A DNA stretch of 64,000 nt, taken from the NCBI GenBank assembly GCA_964019425.1, contig OZ025795.1, forward strand, positions 1,364,001 through 1,428,000, written 5' to 3'. Both the position numbers and the translations under genes were made by a program. The notes beneath the pieces are model-generated. The model did not search any database, was not told where the DNA came from, and was given only the letters and a program-made list of their open reading frames with translations. Origin of the DNA: Flectonema sp. DT1601. Taxonomy: Eukaryota. Shown in pieces: positions 43,817 to 58,882 of this stretch (positions are counted from its first letter, which is position 1; every line of letters starts with the position of its first letter).

Positions 43817-46800
43817 AGAAAGTCATTAATTCAAAAGTCATCCGTTCTCAACATTAACTCAGTTGTTGGAGTTTAGGGTCCTTAACGTTATTTATTTATT
43901 TATTTTTTTTTTAAATTATTATTGTATCTTTTTTTTTTTCTCCCTCTCGGTTCTGCGATTTCTTTTCTCTTTCGTAGACAGCGATGGGATTAAATAAAAA
44001 GTTTTAAAAAAAAACGGGAAAAAAAAAAAAAAAAAACTGAACTGTCTGTTAATTCTGCTCAGAGAAACTGAACGGAGATGGCAGATTCTTGTGAACTAAT
44101 TATTGCAATCACATTAGGTATCATGTGGTTAATAAAGAAGAAAAAAAAAGAAAAAAAAAAAAAAAAAGGAAATGTAAATAACTCAAACTTGCTGTTACCT
44201 TTTTTTCTTTTCTCTTTTTTTTTTCCTTTCATTCTTTCGTGTTTCTGTTCTTGTTTATGTATTTTTCTCTTTTTTTTTCTGTCGGAATAAAGCATTCAGA
44301 CAGACACCTGTATTTCTGTTAATATTTTTCTTCTATTTTTTTTTTTTTTTTTTTTTTTTGGTACTGAATAGCATAGTACCTTTTTTTTGAAAAAATATTA
44401 TTTATTTATTTCTCATTTTCTTTTTTTTAAAAAAACCAAAGTATGACTTTAAACGGCCGCTACGACAACAAAATAATAAAATCCATCGCAGATGTGATGC
44501 AAAGGAAAGGATTTCTCAGATGACCAATTTTTTTTTTTATTCTTTTTATTCTCTTCGAATCTTAAAAAAGCAAAGCAAGAAAGTATTAAAAGTCCAATAG
44601 AGAGAGCGCAATCATATTTATTTTATGTTTTGTTTAAAATTGTTGGGAGGGGGGGGGGGGGGGGGGGGGGGGGGGAAAGATCCAGTTAACCCCTCTCAAC
44701 TTGTTCGCATGTTGTCGATTTATTGTAATAAAAAAAAAAAAAAAAAAAACCCCATTTTATGCAAACTGTTTGATAACATTCAGTCAGCTGACTGTACTAA
44801 AAAAATAGATCTGCTCTGAACTTCGGAGTAAATAATATGACGATGATAATAAAGACGAATACGACAACTATGAATAGACCCAGTCATTCAATTGAATGAA
44901 AAACAAAAAAAAAAAAAATAAATAAAAAACAGCTGAGCCAGACAATTAATAAAAATGTTTTATTTTTGCGAATTTAATTTAAATTACGAAGAGACCGTTT
45001 TTCTTTTTATTTTTTTTTTTTTCCCTCGCATTCGATACTAACAGTGCCGTGACTTATATTCCTTAAGTACACTGTTGGAAGGGGATGCAACGTTTTTCTT
45101 TTTTTTTAAAATAAATTTCTTTTTTTTCTTTTGGTTAACATGAACTGGGAACAGATAGCCGTATTCTTTACTTTTTATTAATGAGTTAAGTGAGCTATTT
45201 GTCAAGGCACCTTTCCTGTTTTTGTCTGATAATGTTTTATTATTTTAGTAGTGTGTTGTTGTTACTTTCTTTCCCGAAACGATGACGTTTCCAACTACCC
45301 CTCTTTTTTTGTTTTTCTAAAAGCCAAACATCATTTACCTTCTGTTCTTTAACATCATAGAAAAGTATGTGACAAATAAGGCCTCAGGTTTCCTGCAACG
45401 GCGTTTGACTCATTTTCAGCCGTAACAAATTATTTTTTTTTTAAATATTGTTATTTCTTTTTTTGCCTTTTGCCTTTTTTTTTTTTTTTCTTTTTCCCCA
45501 TAAAATGCATTTGTTATATTGCCGTTGGGTAATTCTTAACAAAAAAAAAAAAAAAAAAAATCCCTTCTTCCCCTTCTCTCGTTTTTACCCTTTTGCGCGT
45601 TGTGAAGAAAGTAGTGTTGAGAATTGCCGTACTACTACCGCTGCTGAAAGAATATAATTTTTTATTTTGTTTTGAAATCGGATGTCGTTGCTGAGTATAA
45701 ATAATTCTTAGTTAGTAAACATGTGCAGCAACACTCCTCCGACTAGCTGTGATCTGATCAGCTGAGGAGAGTATTTAGTTTTTAAACTTTACGACTACAA
45801 AAAACCTGAAATACTTCGACGGGAGAAACTACCTTCGGCGTGATAATTATTTGTAGGCACTCAAGGTGACCTGTTTTTAGTTCTTTCTGACAAAAAAAAT
45901 AGTTTTGGTGGATTTGCGACTTCGAGTTCCAGCATCCTCATAAAGCTACTGGAGTACTACTCAGGTGAGGTTTCTTGTTTTTATTGATTTCGTAGAAATA
46001 TTTGCCATCAGTAAAACATACATAATTATTAATAATTAAGAAAAAAAAGGAAATTTATTTTTCCGCTACAGTTGATTATTCGGATGTTTCGATAACTCGA
46101 ATAATATTAAGAAAAAACAACAAACGAAGACTTTCAACAGATGAGGTCTGTGAACGCTTATGTTGACGTTAACTGAAGATTTCTAAAAGAATAAAAAAAA
46201 GAAAGAAAAAAAAGAAAAAGAGAGAGACGAGGTTCATGGTTAGCTTTTCCCTTCATACGTCTTCCCTCTTTTTACTTCCAAGCGGTGCGTGTTCTAAGAG
46301 TACTGTTGTGGATAGGAATCTTTTGCAGAACAAGTCTGGTCGGCACTGAGAAAATCGGAAAATGCAAAATCGGTTTTTTATCGTCGGCTTTGATTTTTGA
46401 TAAGAACAAACTGAGCGATAGCAACAACTAAAAAGAATACCCCACTCGACCTTTAAGAGGTTCAAGTGGAAACTATTTCATTCTTATTAACGAATTGTAA
46501 CATCACAGTTTGTCCTCTGCTTCGTCTTTTCTTCCAACAACAGGGCTCTTTGGCAACCTGCGGCTCCTTGCGAAACCAGGCTCAGTCATGCAAGACTGAG
46601 TGGAGGATATTTTGTTTTGTCTTTGATTTTTCTTTTCATTTTTGAAAAAAAAAAGATATTTTGTTGTCTTCCATCTCCTTTCCAATCTCACTGGTACTTG
46701 TACTGGGTACTGACTAGCTCTTTGAGCGTCACATCAGTTGGCTCGTGGCCGTCACTGAGATGTGTGACCCTCACCTTACTCTGTCTCCTTTTGATAGATG

Positions 46801-46855
46801 CTTGTTTTTGCATTAAAAAAAAACGAACTGCTCTCCAATTTTGCGAGAAGTGGTT

Positions 46856-46890
<35 letters not shown>

Positions 46891-48908
46891 CTTCTCAATG
46901 AAAAGCATCTTTCTGACAAAAAAGAAAAAAAAAGAAAATATAAGAAGACTCAGAAGAGGGAAAAAAAAGAAAAAAGAGAGCAGAGAAATTGCGAAAAAAA
47001 GAAAAAGAAAAATACCCCTTTTTGGTTAATAACCACAAAAGAGACATTTTAAAGGCAAAGAAACGCACCGCAACTAAAATCTTGTAATCTCTTAAGGATT
47101 CATTGATTGTTCATTTTTGGTATTTCAGTTTGGAATTTCCTTCTTACTTGATTAGTACCGACACACATAAGCAAAACAACAAAAAACCAAAAACTTGCCG
47201 TTGGTTACCTACCCCATCATTTTATTATGTTCTTTTTTTTTGAAAGCGGAAAAAAAAAAAAAAAAAACGCAAAAAAAAAGAAGGTTTGGAAGCACAATGT
47301 GCATACTGAAAGTCGTAGAGACTGCTGACAAGACCAATAAAGAAAAGGTTGGGAAGTACCACTTTTTTACTGACTTTGTGTTGAGAGTCGTAAAGACTGC
47401 TCTGAACTGGTCTGATGACTGACTTCAACCAACATCATCATCATCATCATCATCATCGTCTCGTACTGGAAGCACACTTGTGACTCAGGTCTACAGGTCT
47501 GTGGGTTTAGATGATTTTACGGAGCAGAAAAACCATTTTTCTTGCAACCAAAAAAAAAAAAAAAAAACCTAAAAAAAGAAACGACTCCCCGGTGCGAATT
47601 ACGCGGCTTGACTTTCCACAAATCTGATTTACAAAAAAATACTAAAAATAAAATTACCACCCCCCATCGTTTGGACTTCTGTTTGGCTTTTTATTTGCGA
47701 GTGAAATATCCATTTCCGATGATTGGAGACAGGATTCACATCTTCCTGTTCGAAGAGAAGATAACACAAAACCTTCAGAAGAGTGAGGACTATTAATCAA
47801 AGTAGCAACTCTCTTGAAAACAGTTTTCAATAAAAAAACAACTTTTCTAATAAACAAAACTCAAAACTATTCTTCGCCACTTAGAAAGGTGTGCGATGTC
47901 TCCGCAAATTTCAACAAAAAAAAAAAAAAAGCTGCTCCTTTTATGTCGAAGGGAAAAAAAGGTCACTTTATTTTATTTTGTTTTATTTTTTATATAACTA
48001 CTAGTGGTTAAACTTTTTCTTTTCCCTCCTCTCTGAAGACGCAACATGAACCTCCTCTTTGATTTGATTTTAGTGTTTTTTTTCTTCTTTTTTTTTTCTT
48101 TTTTTTTTCTTGCACACAAACAAAAGAAGTAGTGTGAGAAATTCTCTATTATTTAGTGAGGTGTCGTCCAAACTGACACCCATTGCAGTCTTTCATATCT
48201 TAGACAGGAATCTTATAAAACTTACATACAGTACGGCAATGAATAAAAGAAAAAAAAAGAAAAAAAAGAAAAAAAAAAAAAAAAAAGTGAGTGAAAAAAA
48301 AAACTGTTTTTTAAATTAGAATCCTTCACTGGATCCGAAGCCGCAGGTTCGAACAAAAAAAAAACAACGAAAATATCTAAAAAAAGAGAAAAAACGACAT
48401 TAAATTCCCGCTGATGATGTCTTTATTCAGTTTTTTTTTTTCTTCTTTTCTTTTCTTCTTATTTTATAATTATTATTATGGTTAAAAATGATACACGAAC
48501 TGAGTTTTTTTAATTGTGAATAGTAATTAGTTCAAATACAGAATAAAAAGCAATTTTGAGAGTTGCAGCCTTGCGGGTTTTTACGTATTGTTGTCAGAAA
48601 GTGAAGAACAATAACAACAACAACACCAACTAAAAGAAAACCATAATGATAGTTCCTCTCTTTTTGTTGGAATTGCAGCTCACTGGGTTACTTCCTTCTT
48701 TGGGGTAATCCTAAACACTTCACTTACGAGGGGAAAAACTAATACTATTTCTTAATCTTTTAATGAAATGATATTTCTGTTTGTTCACCACAAGAACTAC
48801 GAGGATTTACTTTGAGTAGGGATCGCGTTTTTTCTTTTTCTTTATTTTTCTCGGTTTTTTTGAGATGCAAAAGAAGAGGGGGAGGGGGAAAAAAACTTCG
48901 CTTCGGCG

Positions 48909-48943
<35 letters not shown>

Positions 48944-49554
48944 GACAAAATGTCACCTCAATACGATGGAGTGGATCCTTTACTTACCTTCTCCTCGGTG
49001 ATGGAAGGGGTAAATAAAAAGAGAGCTACCTTGTGTGTTGATGGTCACCACACTAACTGTGTGAAGACAAATAGCAATCGGGGTACTGACGGAAAGATCA
49101 GGTTAGAGCTACGAGTACTGTCAGAAAAGAAAAAAAAAAAAAAAAAAAACATTTATATTGTTTTCACTAGATGACTATTCTCCCTATCCTTTTATTTTAT
49201 ATTTCAAATTCGTTTTGGTTTATTATTCTTCGTCGCTTTTTTTTCCTTTTTTTTTTTTCCTTGATTTATTTTTCGGTTCGAAAAAAAATAAAATAAAATA
49301 AAATAAAAAGCATTCTAATATAACAATCCAACCACAACGGAATCGTTATGATGCTGAGCAAAGAACTTCCTTAGTAGGGCGAGTTTAAACAAAACCAAAA
49401 ACAGCAAACAAGTCTTAGACGGCTTTTTTAAGCTGTAAAAAAAAAAAAAAAAGCGACATTTTTTTTCTTCTTCTGTTTATGTTACGTCGATCATCTTTTT
49501 TGTCCTGAGTTTCATTCTTCTTTTTTATTATTTTCTTTTTCAGTAACACGATTG

Positions 49555-49586
<32 letters not shown>

Positions 49587-51211
49587 CTTTCCCTTTTGAA
49601 TTCATTTTCATTTTTCTGTTATGTTTTGAGGCTTCACCACCATTCCGACAGTTGTGCTTTCATTGGGAAGCTTTAATAACAAATAAAGAAAAACAATAAA
49701 GTAAGTTATACAAGTACTTTGTGAGATTAAAAGGGTGTTTCCACGATGAGACTTCCTGATCTCGAAATGATGTCGAACGAAGTGTCTTTTGGGGTGTCGA
49801 GGGTTGTGTTGCCGACTTGACTTGCGTATGTAGAAAACCTTTTGAAAGTAAGAATGGTAGGAAAAGAAAAAGAAGAAATCTTTGACTGATTCTTGTCCGT
49901 ACTCTCTGTGAGTGACGTCCTTCCTTTAGTCTTTTCTCAATGAGTTGCTCTCTGCACGAAAGATTCAAACACAGCCTCCCTCAGACCTCAGTAAGATGCT
50001 AATCCTGATAGGGGTACTTCTTACGAACCTCAACTTGATCCCAAGACCCCGGTGGACTGAGTGCAGTTTTTTTAAAGAAGAAAACTCATCGTTCATGCAA
50101 AATAGGAAAACTAAAATTATATATTACCGTTGATATTCTTGTTTTTTTTAAATTTTATTCATTTTTTTAATCTTTTCAATTATTTCGTTTTTTTTTTTTT
50201 TTTTTTTTAAACCTCACAAGCCTTTAGTGGGTTTGTATTCTTTTGTCGATATGTCCATTAACCATATTTAAAAAAAAAAATAGTTAACCAAAACTTCACT
50301 CTTATTTTATTTTGTGCACAACAGGGGAGGGGGAAAAAAATAAATAAATATACACATAAACAGATACTTCCCAATGTTTCTGTACCGTTGTGATTTCCAG
50401 AATACAGTGGGACCCACACGGTTGGAAAGTAAACAAGCCTCCGGGTGTTAAAATATATAATTTCGCACATCAGCTACCTGGTTTTTTTATGCCTCGCAGC
50501 AATAAGCAAAACTGTTTTTTTTTTTTTGTTTTTTTATTAAAACTTTTTATTGTTTCTCCACTTCTTTCATCATCGTGCCTTTCAGAATACATTTTTAGCA
50601 TGTATGTAGCCTACCCGGTAACGAAAAATGCCTGGTAAAATAAACTTGTGTGCCTAGCCTGTCAGCAACATTAAAAAGTATGTCGCATGCTGCTGTTCGT
50701 TGCTGAGGTTAATAGCTGTTTAGGTTCTTTTTAATCAGATTTTTTTTTCTTCTTTCGAAATATATTTACCTTTTTTTTATTTTTTTTATTTTTTTTAAAA
50801 TAATTAATTGACCAGCGTTTATTCTGTGGCGTCAAGGATATCCTTCCATTACAGAGAGAGAGCAATGACTGTAGTTAAATTTATTGGTTAGCACTTAATA
50901 ACGAAAAGACGGAAGACCTTTTTTTTAATGCATCTGACAACAGAAGGAATTCTGCTTTAGGTGCTTTTTTTTTTTTCGTCCTTTTGTTTCAGAATTTCAG
51001 TCTCAGTGGTACATTACCGCTAATCCTTTTATTGTTTTTCAGCTTTGTTAAAACTGACTGGTAGTCCTTTGGATTCGCCAAACTTGCTCGATAAATAATT
51101 TTTTTTTATGAAGGATCAGATTTTCTTTTTGTAGGTCTTGTGCTGCCTTCTCATATCGGAAATAATAAACTACTGGATATAAACTACTGGATGTTTCGTT
51201 TCACAGTAAGC

Positions 51212-51246
<35 letters not shown>

Positions 51247-54200
51247 ATGTCTATAATACTTTTTTTTTTTTTCACCACACTAGCCACCCGATAATTCTTT
51301 TTAGCCTTTTTAGCCTCTTTAGCTGTTTTTTTTTTTTTTTTTTTTTTGTTTTTTTTTGAAACAGGTTTTTTTTTTGTTCCCAAATAAAAAAAGCTAACGA
51401 GAAAATTACTTTTATGCTCCCAAAAAAAAAAGAAAGAGCAAAATTACGTTTTATACATTGCGTGTCCTTCATGTGTCTTGAGGCCTTTGATCAGGCCATG
51501 TGTGAATTGACAGTGGAGGAGGAGGATTCAACGCTGCAAAGCTGAATAATAAAAGTGAGCTCAACGCTGCTAGAATCTGGGAGTATAAAGTAAATTTCTT
51601 ATTTTAATTTTAATTTTAAATTTTTTTTTTTTAAAACAATCTTTTCAAAGTCACGGGAAAACCAAATATTTAGATCGTAGACGACGATCTGGTTTTGTTT
51701 TTAATATTTATTTTTTGTTCTCCCTTCCTTGGGTTGTTGTGATACAAAAAATAACAGCACGTTGCTTTATTTCTTTATACATGGATAAGGTAAACCTTTT
51801 CGCGAATAACTGCTGACAAATATATCGATTAACATGGAAAAAAAAAAAGAATAATACGGGTTGACATTGGAATGTGTAAGTGAGGCAAGCCATTATATTT
51901 TATTTATTTATTTTTTTTTTCGTTCAATCACTCCCTCTGTTTACCACTACTACTAAATATTCTCCTCCCTTGTCACCCGCAGCATAGTCTTGCGACATGC
52001 GCTCCGCTGGTAGTGTTCAACCATCCAGTAAACAGTATTTTATTTCTACTTTTACATGTCGTTTTCTCTTTTTATGTTTTCTTTTAATATCGAAGTAAAT
52101 TTATTTGTTTACGAATGGATAATTATAATGTAGAAGTTGTAACGGGCTGGTGAACTGAATCCCATCGATACCAATTGAATTTCTAGCCAGTTTCAAGTTA
52201 CTTCTTTTTTCTTTTCGCTCTTCTATTATTAACGTTCCTACGAATTAGTTGTCAGGTGCAAATGGGAAGGGTCTCTCTTCAGTTCTTTCCAATTGAGGGG
52301 GAATATAAAAAAAAAATTTAAAAAAATAGTAGTTCTCTTCTTTTGTCACAAATTGTGTTCATCGTTCCCCCTGTTGCTATGCTGAGTGTTCTCATTCATT
52401 TAATACTTAATAAAAGTAAAGTAAAATAATAATAAAAACAACCATCCCTCTCAAGTCTAACAATATGCAGCTGTACTGTTGAGTTAAACGTAACAGCTTG
52501 CTGTGAAGCTTTGACTCTCTGATGGTTGATAGCTCTTTCTCAACTGGTATTACATTTCTGTCTATCTTTCCGAATCCCTAGTTTCTACTGACTGGAGGAA
52601 TAGTAATTGCGTACGACGGGTGTCTACTTCAAGTCATTGTGAGAACCTCACCTGTTTAGTGATCACATTTAACATTTTGTGTCGATCAAAACCCTTTTTC
52701 ACAAATGGGTTGAGGTGAGTGTTTTGGTACCTGACTTGAGGAACTCTTCTAAACCCTAACTCCACTTTCAAATCCCTGGTTTCTATCAACCGGAGGAAAA
52801 CAGTAATATTGCGTGCGAGGGAATAGCTCTCGATAGTTTGCGATCATTCTTTTTTGGTAACGCAAACAGTTGTCGTTGAGTATTTTGATCAATTCTTTTT
52901 TGTCGAATAATATTTAATCCGTTCTGTGTCCCATCGTCAAGTCCTGTTTTCAAATAACCCGAACACACTCATCGATTGATACGAATCGGTTGTAAAAATT
53001 GGGAGTTCTGTCATTGCGCGATCGCAGCCTTGAGATCTTTTTAGTATTCTTCCCCTTCAAGACTGTTGATCCTGTCGCTTTCAGGACGACATGACCGGAA
53101 CTTAAATTGCAATACTTATCTTTTTTTATTAACGATACGTAACGTCTTCGGGCAATCAAAGTTATCAATTCTCGCGTGTTTTGTTTTCTTTAAATCTGAC
53201 ATTAATCTGTCCTTTTATTTGTTTTTGTTATTCGATACAACCATCGGGGATACTTTATTGGTACTCAAAACAACAACAACAACAACAACAAAAAAAAACT
53301 CATGACATAAAAATATGTCCTTTCAAACATCATTTCGCATTTTCAATCCACCTCCCAATTTTGTTCATCTCAGTGTTGTAATTGTATTTGTTAGTATCGA
53401 AAGTTTCAAACTGCTGTAGACATTTCGAAGTATCTTTCCTAACCAGGACAATGATGAAGGGGCGTCGTTACCTGGTGTGGCGTGCGGTGTTGCCGCACGT
53501 GTAAATATAATAATTGTTTTGTAGCGATCGTTTTCATAATATTATACTAACTAACTATTATGTAATCTGGCAAAAAAAAAAAAAAGATCATTGTAAAAAA
53601 GCAAGAGAGTTGTATTTATGATTATTTCATGAGAAGGAACAAAAATATGTCATCCTCTCAAGCTCCACTCTTTTATTCAAAAAAATTATTATTTTATTTT
53701 TTTTCTACGGAGGAAGAACTATATAAAATAAATAAAATAAAATAAAATCCTTAAGTTGACTCGTTGAGTCTCCGCTCCGCCTCATTCGTAAAATTTATTT
53801 CTTTTTTTTTTCGCCTCCTGTTTCTCTCCATTATCAAGTAAGTAATTTAATTGTGAATAATGTCAACCCGTAGGCCTCGTGTGAAGATCATTCTTCTTTT
53901 GTTCTTTTTATTGTTCAGTCAAATTGTTACGAAGGGATTCGCAGCCTTTTTATTAAAAGGTGAGAAAATAGAGTTGAGTACGCATTAAATGCAGCCTCTT
54001 CCCCGCGGGCAACTCTCCCGCTTTTTCTTATTTTAGTTCTGTTTTTTTACCCAATTAGTAAGCTGTGTTGATAGGTTGCTGCCAGAGGTTGGTATCACTC
54101 TTATTTCGTCGGCTCTCTTGGGTAGTTTTGTCTTCTCGTTCTCTCTCTGGTCATTATGTTTGTTGCTTTGTGTGTACACAAAAGCATTCTTCCTAATGAC

Positions 54201-55358
54201 ATCTTCTTGTTCAAAGTATGCTGTTTTTGTATTCTACTTATTGACCTGCCCGAACCAGTTTATCGTGTGCAAGACAGTAAGAGATTTGAATAATCTCAGC
54301 CTCCTTCAAAATAATAAATCGGACGTCTTCTTTTTAATGAAAGGATAGAACAGAACTAATGTGGATCTCTTCATATCACTGGTGACCTGAGATGTGCATT
54401 AAATCAAATGATGTAAATGTTTCACTTACCAATAGCAGCGTCTGCAGTTCATCGTTCTCCAGAGCAATTTCAACAACAACAACAACAACCAGATGGAGGG
54501 AATTTATTTTCTCAAGTATTCTGGTCGAGGACTAAAAGTCTTCGTTTCGTCCTCAAACTCATTCCACGGAGGAGGAATACTTTGGCTGTCATGTTACAAC
54601 TTACAAAAAAAAGAAAAAAGAAAAGCATCGCAATCCTTTCGTCAAGTAGTACTCACGTACTTGGTGAGAAGGAGTCGCTTTCTGTTTCAGCCATTGTGTC
54701 GCTCTAAAGGAAAGCGGTACCCTTTTTAATATTGGTTTCAATTTCGGATTAGTTTATGAGAACGCTTATACGGCCAGCCAGACAATCAAGTTAGTTTGAT
54801 TGCGCTATTCGAACACTTTTCTTCAGCACTTCAGTTGGAGTCGTTGCATATTCTAAATCAAACTGTTCTTTTTTTTTTTTTTCCCTGCTTTTTTTTTCCC
54901 TCAATTTGTTTGGAAAGTTTCGTTTTTCATGGTCGCAGTTATTTGTGATCAACTATTCACTCCCATTTGAGATACGGAAAAAAAAATGAAATAAAAAAAA
55001 AAAAAAAATTCTACTGCAAAAAAAAATAAAAATAAAAATAAAATAAAATAGACTACCTAAACAGCAGTTGAATAAATCGATCACTTAACTGTGGTTGGCA
55101 GGAATATCAGATTCGAGTTTTTTCAAACACCTTGTTTGCTCAAATTCAAGACATAAGAAAAAAAAAGGGAATAACCTAATCAACAAAAGACAACAAAAAA
55201 TGGGATGCCAAGTGTTCGCATCCTGCCCTGACCTACATTCCAAAACGTCGGCCCTTCTGTGGGTTGTTTGTTCAAACTAATTCCACTTCAAAAATATTGC
55301 GTCAGGTCAAAGCTGCTTCTTGCGTAAGTAAAGCTTTCCTGATAGCAATTCAGACATT

Positions 55359-55396
<38 letters not shown>

Positions 55397-55605
55397 TAAT
55401 AATAGAAAACTGTTACCCTCCGTGAGCTTTTCCTAATCTTTGGCTCTCTGGAGTTTTTCAATCCATAAATAAAAAACATTATAACAAAAGTGATGGAATC
55501 TGAATTAATAAGAAAATTGACAGCAATTGTTTTTACAAAGACCACTTGTGTGCTGTTAGCTGCAGAACCTGCGCTGACAATAAGTTCTTTAAATCGATCC
55601 ATCAA

Positions 55606-55611
55606 ATGAGA

Positions 55612-55655
<44 letters not shown>
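55606..55655. repeat. (GA)n microsatellite
   Basis: Near-perfect GA dinucleotide run. Confidence 0.9.
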
Positions 55656-55658
<3 letters not shown>

Positions 55659-56737
55659 GACAAAACTATTCGTTTTTTTTCTTCTTTTTTTGTTTTTGTT
55701 TTCGGTAGTCGCAGCTGTTTAATATCTTTTGTGTGAAAGCTGTTCTGCTACTCGCACATGTTGTTGTGAAGATATTTGATAGAAGGGAGGAGATAGTTGT
55801 ATTCAAGTAAGTCATCCTTCCCACCAGTGAGAGTCTCACGGATGTGTTGGTTCGACTGAAGCAGTTCTACTTCCTAACTTTCAATTAGTAATTAATATAT
55901 TTTAGTGAGATCTTGAATCCTCACGTGGTCTTATTGACTTCATTGCTCTCGTGAAAGCAGGAGACTCTTTTTGTTTGAGAAGTCTTCGACTGGCAGAGTA
56001 ATAAATTGTGAGATGTTGTGTCACACGTGTGTTTTTTTATTTTTATTTTTATTTTTTTATGTATGCCGCCCATGTATTTGATCCGCTTTTCGCATTTGCA
56101 TGGTTTTCATTTTCGTTATCTTGTACCCCTCAGCGGCTATCCTTACTTTGAAATATGAAAAGAGATGAGAGTTTGATCAACTGACAGCCATTCTTAATTT
56201 ACTCAAAAGACGTTCTGTGAATGGTTTCTTACAACAATACGATATTGACACACTCGGCTCTCTATTTTCAGATTGTTGCTGCTGAGGTTTTGTTGGAAAA
56301 AACAATCGAACGATAGCTTTGTGGTTGGTGGCTTTAATATAAAAGAATTGTTCCGAGAAAAAAGAAAAAATCGAAGCCACCATCTGAGCTAATCATTTCT
56401 TGTAAGCAAAAAAAAAAAACAGAAGGAAAAGAACAGTTCTGTAGTCAAATTGCATTCTTTTTTGCTTCTTCGAGATCGGCCAGCTGCAAAGGCTTTTGAT
56501 CTTCTTTTTGTTTTCCCTTTTTTTTATTTTTTTTTATTCTCTTTTTTCCCCCTCTTTTCTTTCCAATTTTTTTTTCTTTCCCATTGTTTTCTTTTCTCAA
56601 AGGGAAAAATAATAATTGGGCAATTTCGTTTAGTCTTTCGATATTTACTAAAATATGTTTTATTAACAAAACAGGTCCTCAAAATGTCGCCAATCGGGAT
56701 ATCATATTGGGTTCTTTTCAAGTCGTAAATTTATAAA

Positions 56738-58676
56738 ATGATTTTACTTTCTCATAGGAAGCGAGCGCTGATGAAATCTACTCGCAAGCGATATGTCATC
56801 TTATTAATTCCTTCTTTAATTGTGTTGGTTACTTTAGGAGGATGGGACTTCGGGGGATCATCAGAAATAGAGATTGAGGCTGAGAGACGATCACTGAGAG
56901 AAACGATTCAGAGGCAGCGACAGCAACAGCTAGCGAAGGAAAAGGTAAACAAGACATCTGAAGTAGTCACAAGTGTGACAGCTAACGCTGTTACGAGTGC
57001 TGACTTGAATAGAAAGGATTGGAGTTCTGAAGAAGCGGAACTTATCGAAGCCTTGCCATTCTTAAAAAGAAGTGAATCTATTGACGCCACACTCGCAAAA
57101 CTAAATAAACAGCACACTGAGCAGTTCGCCATCGCGTACCCTAATGGGAAGCTCGACCCTCTCGAAGATGAGAGAAAAAGTATTCATTTATTCTACACCA
57201 CTGATTGTACTCAACATAGTTTGTGGCAGGCTTTTGCCTTAGAGAACAGTTGGAATAATGTCAATCATCCTGGGGCGATATCCCGACTTGTCAGTGGCTG
57301 TATCACTAAAGACGGACGAGAGAAGAAAATGGCAGACATGATGTCTCGTAAGGTAACTGATCACAAGAAGAATTTTGTCTTTTTCGGTCCAACAATCAAC
57401 AGTGATGCCGTGCCAGGTCCTGAAGGGGGGAAACATTTCGTATCGTATCCTCCAATCAATCGTCCTTCAACATTTTATTATTGGATATCTCATTCTAGGA
57501 TTGTTGAGTCGTATATGGCACTTCTGGACCCTGATATGATATTTATGAAACCTTTATACTTTCCGAGTGTTTCTCTTGGAAATCCTGCAGGTCAGTACTA
57601 CGACTACTTAATTTCTGAAGATTGGGACAAGCAGTACGATTCTATCTGTCCAGACTGTCAACCTCTCGGTGATACTAAGAAAGACTTCTGTCCTGGACCT
57701 CCTCACATAATGCATACTAGAGATTGGAATAATCTTGGACAGTATTGGTTACGATTCACAGTTGAGGCGAGAAAGAAGTGGGGAAAGTGGGTTGCAGAAA
57801 TGGCCGGAATGTCAATTGGACTCGCAAAACTAAATCTTCGATCCAAACTTGAGAAGAATGGAATGTGGGACAGGCCTCACATGGAACTCATCGACACAAT
57901 GAAACAATTTCAAATATACGATCACTCAACAATCACTGTGACTAAACCTGTACCCTCTCACATTCCTCGTGGTATGCATCCAGTAACACCAGACAGCCTT
58001 CCATCTCTTCTTCACTATTGTTTTACTCCTGAGATTGGTCGAAAGACATACCCAGATTCATTTTGGGAAACTGAAAATCCGCAGCGTTTGTGGGAATCAA
58101 CAAACAAGAAGCCTTTACTTCATTACATTCACTGGTATGTTCTTTTTCTCATTAATTAAAACTCTTTGAGAAGGTTGCTAATTGGTTCTGATTTTTGAGT
58201 CTATTCATCCGAGTAGTACTTCTACTGTCTTGTTTCAGAAATATTACTAAAAAAAAAACAGGTCGAAGTACAGAACCCCAAGTGACTGGCCAGGTGGTGA
58301 TGGGTATCCAAGTGGAGGCAGTTTATTACAATGCGATCAGGACCTTCTGTTTGAGATTCCACCAATCACATGGATGGTAAAGTATTATACAGAGAATAGT
58401 GATGACAAGGGTTGGGTGTTAATGCTCGCAGGTATTCTTCCAGCGATTAACGACGGAATTATTGCTTATCGTAATAAATATTGTGAGAATGGAGGAAAGA
58501 AGAATCCTCGTAAAATAATAAGAACAGCACATCCTGGTGTTTGGAGAACAAATTACGAATTGGTACTAAACGACAGCAGTCGTTTTGGATTTCTTTACAA
58601 AGATTCTGACGGGTACTTTATTGAACTGAATCCTGAGACTGACGCAGCAGATGCTCCCCGTCGTCGACCGAAGTGA
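56738..58676 (+). CDS. Type II membrane glycosyltransferase, HPAT/SRGT1-like (GT95/GT96); two exons, intron 58135-58261
   Basis: N-terminal transmembrane segment; motifs TDC...WQ, SRLVSGC, YPPINRP, LDPDMIF, AEM, LHYC. Removing the GTATGT...ACTAA...CAG intron joins HW to SKYRTP in frame with the 58374-58676 ORF. Confidence 0.82.
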
Positions 58677-58882
58677 TGTTTTGATAATTTTTTTAGTAGC
58701 AAAACGAATTGAGCAAACAACGAACTTTCTGAAGGTATTTTCTCTTTGCCCTGTTTTCGGTTATTGCAAACTGTTTCTTGTTGTTGTTAAATTCTGTTTT
58801 TTCTATTTGCAGGTACATCATCCTATGCTCCTCACTCGGTAAACACAACTAATCATCTACTTCTTTAACTGACACGCTAAGT

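Noticed and set aside
44059..56728. Numerous 60-120 aa ORFs rich in K or F
   Set aside because: They are artefacts of A/T homopolymer runs, with no protein motifs.
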